A stretch of 64,000 nt of DNA, taken from the IMG/VR virus record IMGVR_UViG_3300022689_000178, positions 1-64,000 of that record; one strand, 5' to 3'. The notes under the pieces were generated by a model that searched no databases, was not told the origin of the DNA, and worked only from the letters and a program-made list of their open reading frames with translations. Within the stretch, counting starts at the first letter, position 1. Each line of letters opens with the position of its first letter. This stretch comes from a virus. Below are positions 9,711 to 19,674 of this stretch, piece after piece. The translations under genes and the position numbers were made by a program.

Positions 9711-10367
9711 ATGATAAATAATAAAACTCTATTTGGATATGTTCAAATCCCATCAATCGCATATACCAATACAGAAATAATAAAAAATATTATGGTATTG
9801 CATGGTATTGATAGATTTGATTTGGATTGTACATATTCAATTGGTAATTTTTGGAAAAAATTGCCACAACCAAAATTTAAAAGTGATATTGAACCGCAAA
9901 GAGAAAATATAATTAAAGCAGATAGCAAAAACTTACCTTTTGAAAATATATCATTGAAAAGTATTATGTTTGACCCTCCTTTTATAATTGCAGGTACAAC
10001 TTATATGCAAAATAAAAAAGGGAGTAGTATAATTGCTAAACGGTTTGGTGCATATAAAAATTTTGATGATTTAAGAAGTCATTATAAAGAATCATTGAAA
10101 GATATTTATAGGGTATTAAAAAACAATGGTATATTGGTGTTTAAATGCCAGGATATTGTTTCAAATAGTAGAAATTATTTCACACATTGTATAGTTATGA
10201 ATATGGCCGTAGAAATTGGATTTTATCCTAAAGATTTATTCATTTTAATAACACGAAATAAAATAAATTCTTTTAATGGTGGAAGATGGAATAAACAATA
10301 CCATGCAAGGAAATATCATAGTTATTTTTGGGTGTTACAAAAGACTAAATGTAAAGTAATATATTGA
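9711..10367 (+). CDS. DNA amino-methyltransferase (phage type)
   Basis: DCTYSIGNFW SAM-binding motif, FDPPF catalytic motif, RVLKNNGILVFKCQD. Confidence 0.85.
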   Translation: MINNKTLFGYVQIPSIAYTNTEIIKNIMVLHGIDRFDLDCTYSIGNFWKKLPQPKFKSDIEPQRENIIKADSKNLPFENISLKSIMFDPPFIIAGTTYMQNKKGSSIIAKRFGAYKNFDDLRSHYKESLKDIYRVLKNNGILVFKCQDIVSNSRNYFTHCIVMNMAVEIGFYPKDLFILITRNKINSFNGGRWNKQYHARKYHSYFWVLQKTKCKVIY

Positions 10368-10376
10368 ATTTATAAT

Positions 10377-10856
10377 TTGAATTTAATGAAAAACAGGAAT
10401 CTTGATCATAAAGACCATTGGGCTACTCCTCCGGTATTCAAAGATAAAATTTATAAACAGTATAATATTGATTTTGATCCGTGTCCATATATGCACGATT
10501 TAACAAAATGGAATGGATTATATATAGAGTGGTGCAATAGAAATTATATTAATCCTCCATATTCTCGAAAGTTAAAAGAGGCATTTATAATAAAGGCATT
10601 AAAAGAAAGTAAAAAAGGAAAATTATGTGTATTATTATTGCCGGTTTCAACCAGCACAAAAATTTTCCATGATATTATTTTATATAATGCAACAAAGATC
10701 GAATTTATCAAAGGCCGTATACCATTTATCGGAATTAATTCTAAAGGACAGTATGTAAATTGGCATTTATGGAATAAGCCTGTACCTAAAAATATGGAAC
10801 AAATAAAAAATAGTGGTATGCACGATAGTATGATTGTTATATTTGGTAAAATATAA
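10377..10856 (+). CDS. phage Dam-like N6-adenine methyltransferase
   Basis: WATP, FDPCP, W..NYINPPYS, LLPVSTST and IKGRI motifs. Confidence 0.9.
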   Translation: MNLMKNRNLDHKDHWATPPVFKDKIYKQYNIDFDPCPYMHDLTKWNGLYIEWCNRNYINPPYSRKLKEAFIIKALKESKKGKLCVLLLPVSTSTKIFHDIILYNATKIEFIKGRIPFIGINSKGQYVNWHLWNKPVPKNMEQIKNSGMHDSMIVIFGKI

Positions 10857-10868
10857 AATATAAAATGT

Positions 10869-12719
10869 ATGAAAAAAGAAATTAATGGTTTTGAGATAGA
10901 TAAATATAATGTTCATGGTTTTGATTTATCCAATAAAGAGGAGGGTAAAACAACGTCAATATGTGTTTTTTGTTCTAAAGATAGAAAACCACAAAATCAA
11001 AAGCAAAAATGTGTTGAAATTGATTTGAATATTGGATGGTTTACATGTCAGCATTGTGGCGAGTCTGGTCAATTGCATACATTTAAAAAAAAGAAAATAG
11101 ATTCAAAAAGAAAAGTATTTAAAAAGCCGGAATGGAAAAATATAACGAATTTATCCGAGTCAGTTGTAAAATGGTTTGAAAATGAACGTAAAATATCACA
11201 AAATACATTAAAGAATGCAAGGGTGGGTAGTGGTATAAAAAAAATGCCGCCTGAATGGAATAAATCAAAAGTGATATGTTTCACATATTTCCGGTTCAAT
11301 GAATTGATAAATATAAAATATCGTTCACGTTCTAAGGATTTTATGTTATATACCGGAGCGGAATTAATTTTATATGGCTATGATAATATAATTCAATCAA
11401 CAGAATGTATTATTGTTGAGGGTGAAATTGATCAATTGACTTGGCTTGATGCCAGATATAATTATTGTGTATCTGTTCCAAATGGTGCTACTTTAAAACG
11501 TATAAATACTGAATATTTAGATAGTGCCATAGAAGATGGCATTTTTGAAAACAAAGAAAAAATATATATAGGAACGGATAATGATGAGGCCGGAATAATA
11601 TTGAGGGATGAGCTTGTAAGAAGGTTAGGTGCGGAACGATGCTATAAATTGGATTTTGGAGATTATAAAGATTCTAATGCTTTATATGTAGATAGTTGTA
11701 ATAAATACGGAAAGGAAAAAGCAAGAGAAATATTATTGGAGGTAAAAAATAATGCAAAAACTTTTCCTATACAGGGTGTAATTGAATTGTCAGACGTTGA
11801 GTCCGATTTGGACGTATTATATGAAGAAGGATTAAAAAAAGGCCTTAGTTTGCCATTTGAGGATTTATCCATAACGGTCGATTTGGGGAGGATTTTAACG
11901 ATTACAGGCATACCCGGACATGGTAAAACCGCAGGGGTGCATCAAATTTTATCCTATTTTTCTACTGTTTATGATTATAAAGCTGGCATATTTACTCCAG
12001 AATCATATCCACCAAAATTGTTTTTTTCATTAGCTATTGAAATAATATGCGGTTGTAAATTTAATAGCAAATATTTAAAAAAACAGGATTATATACAAGC
12101 AAAAGACTTTATAAAATCATATTATAAGTTTATATATCCAGAATCATTTTATTTGGATGATATATTAGAATCTGCCAGACAGCTAGTATATAGAGTAGGT
12201 ATTAAAATATTGGTGATAGATGCTTATAATAATGTTTTACACAAAATGCAAAAGTTTGAACGTGATGATTTATACGTTGAACGGTTTTATATTAAATTGC
12301 ATGAATTTGCTAAAAGATATAATATTTTAATAATTCTTGTCGCTCATCCGGTTAAGATTGAAAGGAGAAAAGATGGTTCATTTAATATTCCTACTGCTTA
12401 TGACATAAAAGGTGGTTCGGCTCATTATGAGAAAAATGATTTTATAATGTGTTTTTATCGGAATTATAAAGAGAAATTAACCGATGTAATAGTACAAAAA
12501 ATAAAATTCAGACATCTTGGAGAGGTGTGTTCAAAAAGCTATAAATTCAATGGATATAATAGTAGGTTTTATTTATCTACAATGGATAAAGATAATAGTA
12601 ATTGGATAAAAAATCCACCGATATTAGAAAGTGAAAACATGGAATTTGATGGACATTTAATTAATAATAATGATGGAGACATATTTGATAGAATGGAAGG
12701 AGATGAAGCTCCATTTTAA
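10869..12719 (+). CDS. primase-helicase (T7 gp4/Twinkle-like)
   Basis: Zn finger (CVFC...CQHC), TOPRIM (VEGEID, TDND.AG), Walker A GIPGHGKT, VIDAYN, LVAHP; acidic tail. Confidence 0.93.
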   Translation: MKKEINGFEIDKYNVHGFDLSNKEEGKTTSICVFCSKDRKPQNQKQKCVEIDLNIGWFTCQHCGESGQLHTFKKKKIDSKRKVFKKPEWKNITNLSESVVKWFENERKISQNTLKNARVGSGIKKMPPEWNKSKVICFTYFRFNELINIKYRSRSKDFMLYTGAELILYGYDNIIQSTECIIVEGEIDQLTWLDARYNYCVSVPNGATLKRINTEYLDSAIEDGIFENKEKIYIGTDNDEAGIILRDELVRRLGAERCYKLDFGDYKDSNALYVDSCNKYGKEKAREILLEVKNNAKTFPIQGVIELSDVESDLDVLYEEGLKKGLSLPFEDLSITVDLGRILTITGIPGHGKTAGVHQILSYFSTVYDYKAGIFTPESYPPKLFFSLAIEIICGCKFNSKYLKKQDYIQAKDFIKSYYKFIYPESFYLDDILESARQLVYRVGIKILVIDAYNNVLHKMQKFERDDLYVERFYIKLHEFAKRYNILIILVAHPVKIERRKDGSFNIPTAYDIKGGSAHYEKNDFIMCFYRNYKEKLTDVIVQKIKFRHLGEVCSKSYKFNGYNSRFYLSTMDKDNSNWIKNPPILESENMEFDGHLINNNDGDIFDRMEGDEAPF

Positions 12720-12732
12720 AAAAAATGATATT

Positions 12733-13614
12733 ATGGAATTAACAAAACAAGATAAAATAAAAGCATTGAAATATTTCAAAGATATGGAGTATGACAAAAA
12801 AAAGTCATATAACGAATTATCAATGGTAGAAAAATTGAAGTGTGCGGCAAAATTAATGAATAGTTCTGTTTTTGTTAATACATTTAAAATACAGTTAGAA
12901 AAAGACTGTTTTGTGAAAAAAGAAAAGGATTATTGGACAGATGATTTATATTTATTTTTGCTTGATTTGAAATATGATAAGGATATTAATTTTAATTTGT
13001 TTTGCGATCATGATAAAGCATTGAATTATTTTAAGAAAATAGAAGCGAAAGATTTATTTTTCCCATATTTTAGAATTGAAGTAAAAGAAGGATTAATTCG
13101 GGGTGTTTGGTGTATAAGGGCAATAAAAAAGAAAATAAAAGGTGCTGATAAAATAGATAAACGAACATTAGAACAATTAGAAGATGAATTGTCCCAAAAA
13201 GCAATTGATATAAATATGGTTTATAATTATAAACAAATTAGATTAAAAAAATTAGCCAATTCATTTGTTTGTTATGATTATAATAAACAATTAAATAGTG
13301 GCATATATGAAAACATGTTAATACCGGAAGATCATGAAGTGGGTATGTGTTTTAAATATTTAGGGTATGTTCATACAGTTAAAGAATTAAAGACAAAAAA
13401 AGGAAATCCGTATCAAAGAATTGATGTAGAAGGGAAAACGGATAATCATAAGTTTATGATATGGGATAACATGGGTTTAAAGTTTAAGCCAAATACTGCA
13501 TATATATTTTTTATGAAAATTATATCAAAAAAAAACAAAAGAACTGGTATTGCTGGTAAAGAATTGAAAATTGTCGATGCAAAAAGAATATTAAAAAACA
13601 CAGAGGTATATTGA
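12733..13614 (+). CDS. degenerate DNA polymerase III alpha C-terminal-like protein (HhH/OB fold)
   Basis: GLIRGVWCIRAI resembles DnaE GL..IKG; GYVHTVKELKTKKGNPY resembles the DnaE OB fold; likely start MELTKQ at 12733. Confidence 0.5.
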   Translation: MELTKQDKIKALKYFKDMEYDKKKSYNELSMVEKLKCAAKLMNSSVFVNTFKIQLEKDCFVKKEKDYWTDDLYLFLLDLKYDKDINFNLFCDHDKALNYFKKIEAKDLFFPYFRIEVKEGLIRGVWCIRAIKKKIKGADKIDKRTLEQLEDELSQKAIDINMVYNYKQIRLKKLANSFVCYDYNKQLNSGIYENMLIPEDHEVGMCFKYLGYVHTVKELKTKKGNPYQRIDVEGKTDNHKFMIWDNMGLKFKPNTAYIFFMKIISKKNKRTGIAGKELKIVDAKRILKNTEVY

Positions 13615-13654
13615 TAATTGTCATAAAATATTATATTTAATTAATTTAATTTTG
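13612..13654 (+). promoter_or_regulatory. Crp/Fnr-type box plus -7 element
   Basis: TGATAATTGTCA 13612-13623, 23-nt spacer, TAATTTTG 13647-13654. Confidence 0.75.
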
Positions 13655-13674
13655 TAGTATAAAAAAAAGGAAAT

Positions 13675-14253
13675 ATGGATTTAAAAAGATGTTATATAGA
13701 TGTTGAAACAACCGGTGTAAAGCATTGGAAAAATTGTGTCATACAATTAGCTGGCATTATTGAGATAAATAATAAAATTAAAGAAATATTTGAGTTTAAG
13801 CTTGCCCCTCATCCTAAAGCTAAAATTGAACCTTCCGCATTAGAAGTGAGTGGTTATACATTAGAACAAATAAAAAAATTTCCTGATAGATTTATTTCAT
13901 TCAATCAATTTACCGACATATTAAATAAATATGTTGATAAGTATAATAAAAAAGATAAATTCTTTTTTGTTGGATATAATTCATCTTTTGATGTTAATTT
14001 CATACGGGGTTTATTTAAGCAATGTAATAATGATTATTATGGTGCATATTTTTGGTCAGGGAGTATTGATATAATGGCATTGAGTTTATATGGATTAGCG
14101 AATGAAAGATATAAAATGTCAAATTTTAAATTAATGACAGTTGCAAGGCAATTAGGGATTCAAATAGATGAATCAAAATTACATGATGCCTTATATGACA
14201 TTCAAATTACACGAGATATATTTTTAATATTTGAACGATCTATAATTAAATAA
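13675..14253 (+). CDS. DEDDh 3'-5' exonuclease (DnaQ-like)
   Basis: IDVETTG, GYNSSFD, LHDALYD. Confidence 0.92.
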   Translation: MDLKRCYIDVETTGVKHWKNCVIQLAGIIEINNKIKEIFEFKLAPHPKAKIEPSALEVSGYTLEQIKKFPDRFISFNQFTDILNKYVDKYNKKDKFFFVGYNSSFDVNFIRGLFKQCNNDYYGAYFWSGSIDIMALSLYGLANERYKMSNFKLMTVARQLGIQIDESKLHDALYDIQITRDIFLIFERSIIK

Positions 14254-14279
14254 AATTTATAAATTAAAATTTTAATACC

Positions 14280-15107
14280 ATGAATAAAGAATCACGTAGA
14301 GAAAGAAGGCGTAAAAATTTATCAGGCCAAACTATTCCAACACTTGATATAATATCACGGTTTTCTGTAAAGGAAAATGGAGGAAAACCCAAATTCCGTT
14401 ATTGGAATAGAGATAATGGCGATAAGGGGGAAGAGGTTTTTTTTAATAATCAAATTGAAGGAATATTAATAGGTGAGGCGATGCAATTTAGCGCTTATGA
14501 TAATGAAAATGAAGTAATGTATAATAGTTCAATGTATTTACGGAAAAACAATAAAATTGCTTTATTTAAAAAAGGTAATAAGGTTGCAAGTGGTACATTG
14601 GAAAATTTGGAGAAATATCTTGTTAGTGAAGGGGTTTCACAAATAAAGAAAAGATGGATATATATAATTTTAACAAAAACCGGATTAATATCAGTTGAAA
14701 CAAATGTATCTATTGCCATTGATCAAATAAAGCAAATTAAGAAAAATAATAAAGATGCTTTTATTGATAATTTCATTGTTTTAAAACCGGATGTATATGA
14801 TCCTGATGATAAATATTTCTCACAGGGATTACATAAAAGAATGAAAATTACAAAGGCTAAGAAAAACTATCCATTTTTTGCACGTATTGAAGTTGGCGAT
14901 GAAATTTCGGAAAATGATTTTGATGAGTATAATGAAGAGTTTTATGCGGAACAATTTACCGAATGGACGGATTTTATCATGGCCGATGGATATGAAAAGG
15001 TAGATAATGATGGTGAAACTTATAATGAAAATAGTAAGTCGAAAGATTCTTTTGTAGAAAATGGAGATGATATGGAATCAGACGAGACGGATGATTTGCC
15101 ATTTTAA
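14280..15107 (+). CDS. putative single-stranded DNA-binding protein
   Basis: Acidic tail ending DDLPF; located in the replication module. Confidence 0.6.
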   Translation: MNKESRRERRRKNLSGQTIPTLDIISRFSVKENGGKPKFRYWNRDNGDKGEEVFFNNQIEGILIGEAMQFSAYDNENEVMYNSSMYLRKNNKIALFKKGNKVASGTLENLEKYLVSEGVSQIKKRWIYIILTKTGLISVETNVSIAIDQIKQIKKNNKDAFIDNFIVLKPDVYDPDDKYFSQGLHKRMKITKAKKNYPFFARIEVGDEISENDFDEYNEEFYAEQFTEWTDFIMADGYEKVDNDGETYNENSKSKDSFVENGDDMESDETDDLPF

Positions 15108-15119
15108 TTTTATGCAAAT

Positions 15120-15398
15120 ATGGTAGAGGCAGTTGCAAGATTCATAAAATTATACTTTCAAGAGTTTAATGGTGGAAAAAATAGCAGAGTATTAATTCGG
15201 TTATATATAAAAGATTTGAAATCATTTATATTAACTAATAAATGCGATAATGAATGGATGGATGTGGATATGTATGTTTCTTTTAATTTGCGGTATCATA
15301 TAAAATTGTTCAAGAAAAATGATCCGGTTAAAGTGCGATTTATGTTTAGTCATAAATATAAAGATTTTCAATTGTTGAATATTTCTATTTATAATTAA
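15120..15398 (+). CDS. small OB-fold-like hypothetical protein
   Basis: 92 aa; FKKNDPVKVRF pattern. Confidence 0.5.
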   Translation: MVEAVARFIKLYFQEFNGGKNSRVLIRLYIKDLKSFILTNKCDNEWMDVDMYVSFNLRYHIKLFKKNDPVKVRFMFSHKYKDFQLLNISIYN

Positions 15399-15399
15399 A

Positions 15400-15819
15400 A
15401 TGATTAAAGAATATTTTGCAGTTAGAAATGAATCGGAAAAACGGAATTTATACAGATCATTGAAAAATACAGAATTTCCTTTTTGTGTTGTCATTCGGAA
15501 TATAGAGAATGTACGATCAGTAAAAGAAAATTCTTATTTGTGGGGAGTTGTTTATGCTTATATTTCAGATTATACCGGACATACTATAGAATTTATTCAT
15601 AAATTTTATAAAAAATTGTTTTTACAAAAACTTGAAGTATTGTCCGGTAAATTAGTTTTAACGAATGCAAGCACTAAAGATATAAGTACATATATGTTTA
15701 ATTATTATATTGAACGTGTAAAAGCACATGCGTTATTGGAGTTGGATATATATATACCTGATCCAAATGAATTATTAAATGATAGTGAAACATTGAGCTT
15801 ACAGTTAAAATATGAATAG
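15400..15819 (+). CDS. NinB/YbcN-like recombination protein
   Basis: RSVKENSYLWGVVY..ISDYTG..H...STKDIST..F..YIE..IYIPDP. Confidence 0.75.
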   Translation: MIKEYFAVRNESEKRNLYRSLKNTEFPFCVVIRNIENVRSVKENSYLWGVVYAYISDYTGHTIEFIHKFYKKLFLQKLEVLSGKLVLTNASTKDISTYMFNYYIERVKAHALLELDIYIPDPNELLNDSETLSLQLKYE

Positions 15820-15828
15820 AAACTAAAA

Positions 15829-16440
15829 TTGATTAAAATGCAAAAAAAAGATTTTTATTTTAAGGGAGTTAAATTATTGCAAGAAAAAGGCAAATCGGTA
15901 GTATACTATGATGAACGGATTGTAATAAAAAATGAAAGTGGCGAGAATGAAGAGAAGTATATTTACACTACTTGTATGCCACCGTATTTCCCACACGATG
16001 ATTTAAAAATGGAATTTAAACGATTAATTCCGTTGTATGCTAAAATGTGTAAAAGGCACGAATCTGAAGTAAGAGTTACATATTTAGGCATAGAGAAAAA
16101 GAAGGAAAATATGATTTATGTTTTACGTGGTGTGGTAAGAGAACCGGCTGGATACTATAATTCTTATAATCCGCATAAATTAAATGAAAAACTTAGAGAA
16201 TATTATGATGAGAATAATATTTTACATAAGATTGCAGAAAAAATCATTAAGGAAACATTTGATTGGGTAACAGGCAAGAAAAATAGTAATTCAAATATTC
16301 AACGATTGTGGGAAGAAGAGGATTTAAAAATAGCTCATGAAGGTATTCCAATTGAAGGTATATCGGATATTTTAATGGAAGAAGATGTAAGTTTTGAAAC
16401 TGAAACTCAAATTGAATCTGAACCTGAATCCGAATCCTAA
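15829..16440 (+). CDS. hypothetical protein with acidic tail
   Basis: 203-aa ORF followed by a terminator. Confidence 0.7.
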   Translation: MIKMQKKDFYFKGVKLLQEKGKSVVYYDERIVIKNESGENEEKYIYTTCMPPYFPHDDLKMEFKRLIPLYAKMCKRHESEVRVTYLGIEKKKENMIYVLRGVVREPAGYYNSYNPHKLNEKLREYYDENNILHKIAEKIIKETFDWVTGKKNSNSNIQRLWEEEDLKIAHEGIPIEGISDILMEEDVSFETETQIESEPESES

Positions 16441-16452
16441 ATTGAAAAATAA

Positions 16453-16484
16453 AAAAACCGTCTTTATTTATAAAGACGGTTTTT
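16453..16484 (+). terminator. intrinsic terminator
   Basis: AAAAACCGTCTTTA-TTTA-TAAAGACGGTTTTT. Confidence 0.85.
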
Positions 16485-16558
16485 AATGCTCTTTGAATTT
16501 GAACGATTAATACAATACAAAAATAATAAATAATTTTCAATAAAACAAAGTTTTAATT

Positions 16559-16825
16559 ATGGAATTAATTCATGTATCAATTATCGTTTTAATTTTAGTT
16601 GTTATTAATATGATTGTATATAAATTATTGAAAACAACAAATAAAAAATGGAAAGATAAAAATTCGTGCGAAGTAAGTAAAATAAAAAGAGAATTTGGAC
16701 ATAACCATACAGCATATATGCCGGGTTATCATAGGATAGAAAGTATTTGTGTATATTTTAATTTTTTTGGATTTATATTATTTATCATTTTATTGATTTT
16801 ACAGATTGTTAATTACATTATTTAG
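16559..16825 (+). CDS. membrane protein (2 TM)
   Basis: Hydrophobic N- and C-terminal segments. Confidence 0.65.
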   Translation: MELIHVSIIVLILVVINMIVYKLLKTTNKKWKDKNSCEVSKIKREFGHNHTAYMPGYHRIESICVYFNFFGFILFIILLILQIVNYII

Positions 16826-16833
16826 TTATAATT

Positions 16834-16983
16834 ATGGACAAAGAAAAGATACAAAAACAGATTGACAAGAACAGGGCACTGATTGAGAAAGCTCTTGAAA
16901 TGAACGATACCGAAATGATGTACTACATAGTGCGAAGATTAGCCAAAGACAATGAAAGATTAATAGAAAAGCTAAAGAAATAA
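16834..16983 (+). CDS. 49-aa coiled-coil protein (not in the ORF track)
   Basis: MDKEKIQKQIDKNRALIEKALEMNDTEMMYYIVRRLAKDNERLIEKLKK; typical leader. Confidence 0.65.
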   Translation: MDKEKIQKQIDKNRALIEKALEMNDTEMMYYIVRRLAKDNERLIEKLKK

Positions 16984-16994
16984 TTTTTTATTAT

Positions 16995-17048
16995 TGGTAG
17001 CAGTTAGTATAACACACCGTTTTAATGTGTGTTATACATTGTTAGCTG
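16995..17048. repeat. attC-like site 1 (partial)
   Basis: GTATAACACAC/GTGTGTTATAC hairpin 17007-17037, then TTGTTAGCTG. Confidence 0.6.
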
Positions 17049-17090
17049 ACTGGTGCGGATAATTTAGTACAAATCTTAATAAATGAACGA

Positions 17091-18074
17091 ATGATAGTAA
17101 AAGAAAAAATAGGGAGGGGGTTTTTATATTTTATGGACGTATTGGAGGGTTTAAAATTACTACTTGACAATAGCCAAGATTTAATAATAGTTGACCCACC
17201 TTATTACAAGACTGTAAATGAGAAATGGGATAAACAATGGAAGACCGAAAAAGAATATTTAGACTGGTGTAGATTATGGTTTGCTGAATGCGTAAGAGTA
17301 CTGAAAGACACAGGTAGTTTTTATTGCTATGGAAACTTTGACATACTGAGCAAACAAAAAGTATTGATATTTGATGATGCGCTGAACTTTAGGCAAAACA
17401 TTACATTAAACAAAGGATTGAAAAGTATTGCTGGAAGAACAAGCGACAAACTTAGAATGTTCCCGACTGCAAGTGAATACTTGGTGTTTTACACTAAACA
17501 AGAAATGTGGTTTGAAACACCCTTTTCAATTATTATGAAAAGACAAATGAAAGAAAAGGGATTAACTCAGATTGATATTTCTAAACTTATACTTTCACGA
17601 AATGGTAATTTAACTGGATGGGTGCATAATAAGATTAAGGGCATACAATTGCCAACAGCAGAGCAATGGAACAAAATATGCAATTTGTTTGAAATTAAAA
17701 ATGAATATGATTTATTGTGTGAAAGCTACGAAGAACAAAGGTTTACTTTTAACCTACCAACAGGACAAACCGATGTTTGGGATTTTACGCCCGACAAAGT
17801 TAGATTTGGAAATAAGACACAGAAACCACAAGACATAAGTAGAAGAATTATAAAAGCAAGTAGTAACGAAGAACAAAGTGTATTGATACCATTTGCAGGG
17901 AGTGGAAGTGAATGTGAAGCTTGCGAAGTATTGGGTAGAAATTGGACTGCGTTTGAGAATGACCAATTTAGCATTGACATTATACACGAACGATTTAAAA
18001 ACCTTAAAGCTTTTGAAAAAAGCAAAGAGCGTGGGCTTTTTTCTTTTACGGATGAACAGAACAAAGCTGATTAA
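17091..18074 (+). CDS. beta-class DNA amino-methyltransferase with an internal HTH-like insert (cassette gene)
   Basis: VDPPY, RVLKDTGS, TQKP, PFAGSGS; insert MKEKGLTQIDISK...GIQLPTAEQWNKICNLF. Confidence 0.9.
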   Translation: MIVKEKIGRGFLYFMDVLEGLKLLLDNSQDLIIVDPPYYKTVNEKWDKQWKTEKEYLDWCRLWFAECVRVLKDTGSFYCYGNFDILSKQKVLIFDDALNFRQNITLNKGLKSIAGRTSDKLRMFPTASEYLVFYTKQEMWFETPFSIIMKRQMKEKGLTQIDISKLILSRNGNLTGWVHNKIKGIQLPTAEQWNKICNLFEIKNEYDLLCESYEEQRFTFNLPTGQTDVWDFTPDKVRFGNKTQKPQDISRRIIKASSNEEQSVLIPFAGSGSECEACEVLGRNWTAFENDQFSIDIIHERFKNLKAFEKSKERGLFSFTDEQNKAD

Positions 18075-18094
18075 ATGCACCAACGTAGCACTTG

Positions 18095-18181
18095 CAGCTA
18101 ATGAAAATACACTTGCATAGTTTGATTTTTTGTGTAGTGCAACGGAACAAAAAACAAATTATGTCAAGTGTAATGTTATGA
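18095..18181. repeat. attC-like site 2
   Basis: CAGCTAAT-GAAAA-TACACTTGCATAGTTTGATTTTTTGT...ACAAAAAACAAATTATGTCAAGTGTA-AT-GTTATGA. Confidence 0.8.
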
Positions 18182-18222
18182 GTATTTTTATTTATTTTTC
18201 CGTTGTGCCATATAATATCAAA

Positions 18223-18447
18223 ATGAAAAATACAATAACGATAAATAATATAGAATTTGAAATAGGAACTATAAGTATAAATGAATTTGGCGGGCAAACA
18301 GTGTCCTCATTAATTGTTGGTGTTTATGCTGAAAACAAGGATCAGAATATATTTGTAAAACATAATGTATTCAACAGTACAATAAAAAACTTAGAATTAT
18401 TGAAAGATATTTTAACCGTTTTAACTACAAAAAAATATGATTTTTAA
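18223..18447 (+). CDS. hypothetical protein (cassette gene)
   Basis: ATG 18223 (MKNTITIN); the longer track start runs through the hairpin site. Confidence 0.6.
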   Translation: MKNTITINNIEFEIGTISINEFGGQTVSSLIVGVYAENKDQNIFVKHNVFNSTIKNLELLKDILTVLTTKKYDF

Positions 18448-18508
18448 AACAGGTTTTTCAAATAAATTAATGTCGAAAAAGAAAATATAAACTTTTAAAT
18501 AAATAAAA

Positions 18509-18853
18509 ATGGAAAGTATAAAAATAGAAATTGATAGAAAAAACATTCTTGATATTGTAAATAATAAAGTGTCGGAAAATATTTTATCTTATATGGACAA
18601 AAATATGGAAGATATTAATAAAAGTATTGAGAAATATTTTAAGTTATCTTTTTTTCAGGATAAAAAAACACAGTTTGAAAATGCACTCGATTGGACAATT
18701 GAAGATGCTTTTAGAGAAGGAATAAAGACAGCTATGGAGGATTTAAAATTCAAAGAACTTATTGCCGAAAAAGCAAAAGAAATTTTAACAAATGATGATT
18801 TTATTAAAGAATTAGCTGTTGCAAAAGTCAAAAGTTCGCTTGGTTTACATTAA
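18509..18853 (+). CDS. hypothetical helical protein (cassette gene)
   Basis: 114 aa; stop codon directly followed by CCATAAC. Confidence 0.7.
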   Translation: MESIKIEIDRKNILDIVNNKVSENILSYMDKNMEDINKSIEKYFKLSFFQDKKTQFENALDWTIEDAFREGIKTAMEDLKFKELIAEKAKEILTNDDFIKELAVAKVKSSLGLH

Positions 18854-18982
18854 CCATAACGGCTACTTGTAAGAATAGTAGCAGAATTGAAACACGAATA
18901 TTGAAATAATTACAAACTTAAATACAATGGTAGCAGCTAAAAAGACCCTATAACCTGCTATTATTTTTACAAATTGTTATAG
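18854..18982. repeat. attC-like site 3
   Basis: CCATAAC-GGCTAC-TTGTAAGAATAGTAGCAG...CTGCTATTATTTTTACAA-ATT-GTTATAG. Confidence 0.8.
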
Positions 18983-19001
18983 GGCGTTTATTTTAAAAAT
19001 T

Positions 19002-19199
19002 ATGATTGCAAAAAAAAAAGGAATAGAAATATTTCACAAACATTGGGATGAAGGATTATCTGATAGACAAGCAAAGGAATGTGCCTTAATAAGTGTTGGT
19101 GAAATTATTAAAGAATATGACGAAGAAATATTGGAATCTAACGATGTATATCGACAGCAATATTGGATAGAAGTAAGGGATTATTTAAATGCCCTATAA
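19002..19199 (+). CDS. hypothetical protein (cassette gene)
   Basis: 65 aa (AKECALISVGEII...YWIEV); flanked by GTTATAGGGCGTTTA and TAAATGCCCTATAAC. Confidence 0.75.
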   Translation: MIAKKKGIEIFHKHWDEGLSDRQAKECALISVGEIIKEYDEEILESNDVYRQQYWIEVRDYLNAL

Positions 19200-19294
19200 C
19201 GACAGGGGTTGGAGGCGGTTTTTTGCTTTGCAATTTTGCGAAGTGAAACGAGCAAATGTAAAGTTTAAAACTGACTTCCAAACCTCTGTTAGCA
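19194..19294. repeat. attC-like site 4
   Basis: CTATAAC-GAC-AGGGGTTGGAGGCGGTTTT...AAAACTGACTTCCAAACCTCT-GTTAGCA. Confidence 0.8.
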
Positions 19295-19343
19295 ACACTT
19301 TTTTTTATCTTATCGAAATACAAACATTTTAAATATAAATATT

Positions 19344-19670
19344 ATGAATACAGAATTGTACGATAAAGCATGGGAATTACTTGAAAGAAAAGGCTTAAAA
19401 CTTGGCGAAAGAATAATGGTAAGAAGTTGTTTTGCAGGTGCTTACAAAAATGATTATCCTTTCATTGCCGCTAAACATAAAAAAGGCGAAGTTGAATATT
19501 ATCATTCTCAAATAAAAGAAATAAACAATTTAATGTTTAAATCTAAAAATGAAGTAATAATGGCAAATGCTATTTATGAAAACACAAAAGAGAATTTCAA
19601 TCAAAATGATTTTATTCAGCATTTAAAATTTACTTTTAGAATTTTGGGTGTTAGTAGCGACTGGTGTTAG
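19344..19670 (+). CDS. hypothetical protein (cassette gene)
   Basis: 108 aa; flanked by GTTAGCAACA and TGTTGCTAAC. Confidence 0.75.
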   Translation: MNTELYDKAWELLERKGLKLGERIMVRSCFAGAYKNDYPFIAAKHKKGEVEYYHSQIKEINNLMFKSKNEVIMANAIYENTKENFNQNDFIQHLKFTFRILGVSSDWC

Positions 19671-19674
19671 TTGT

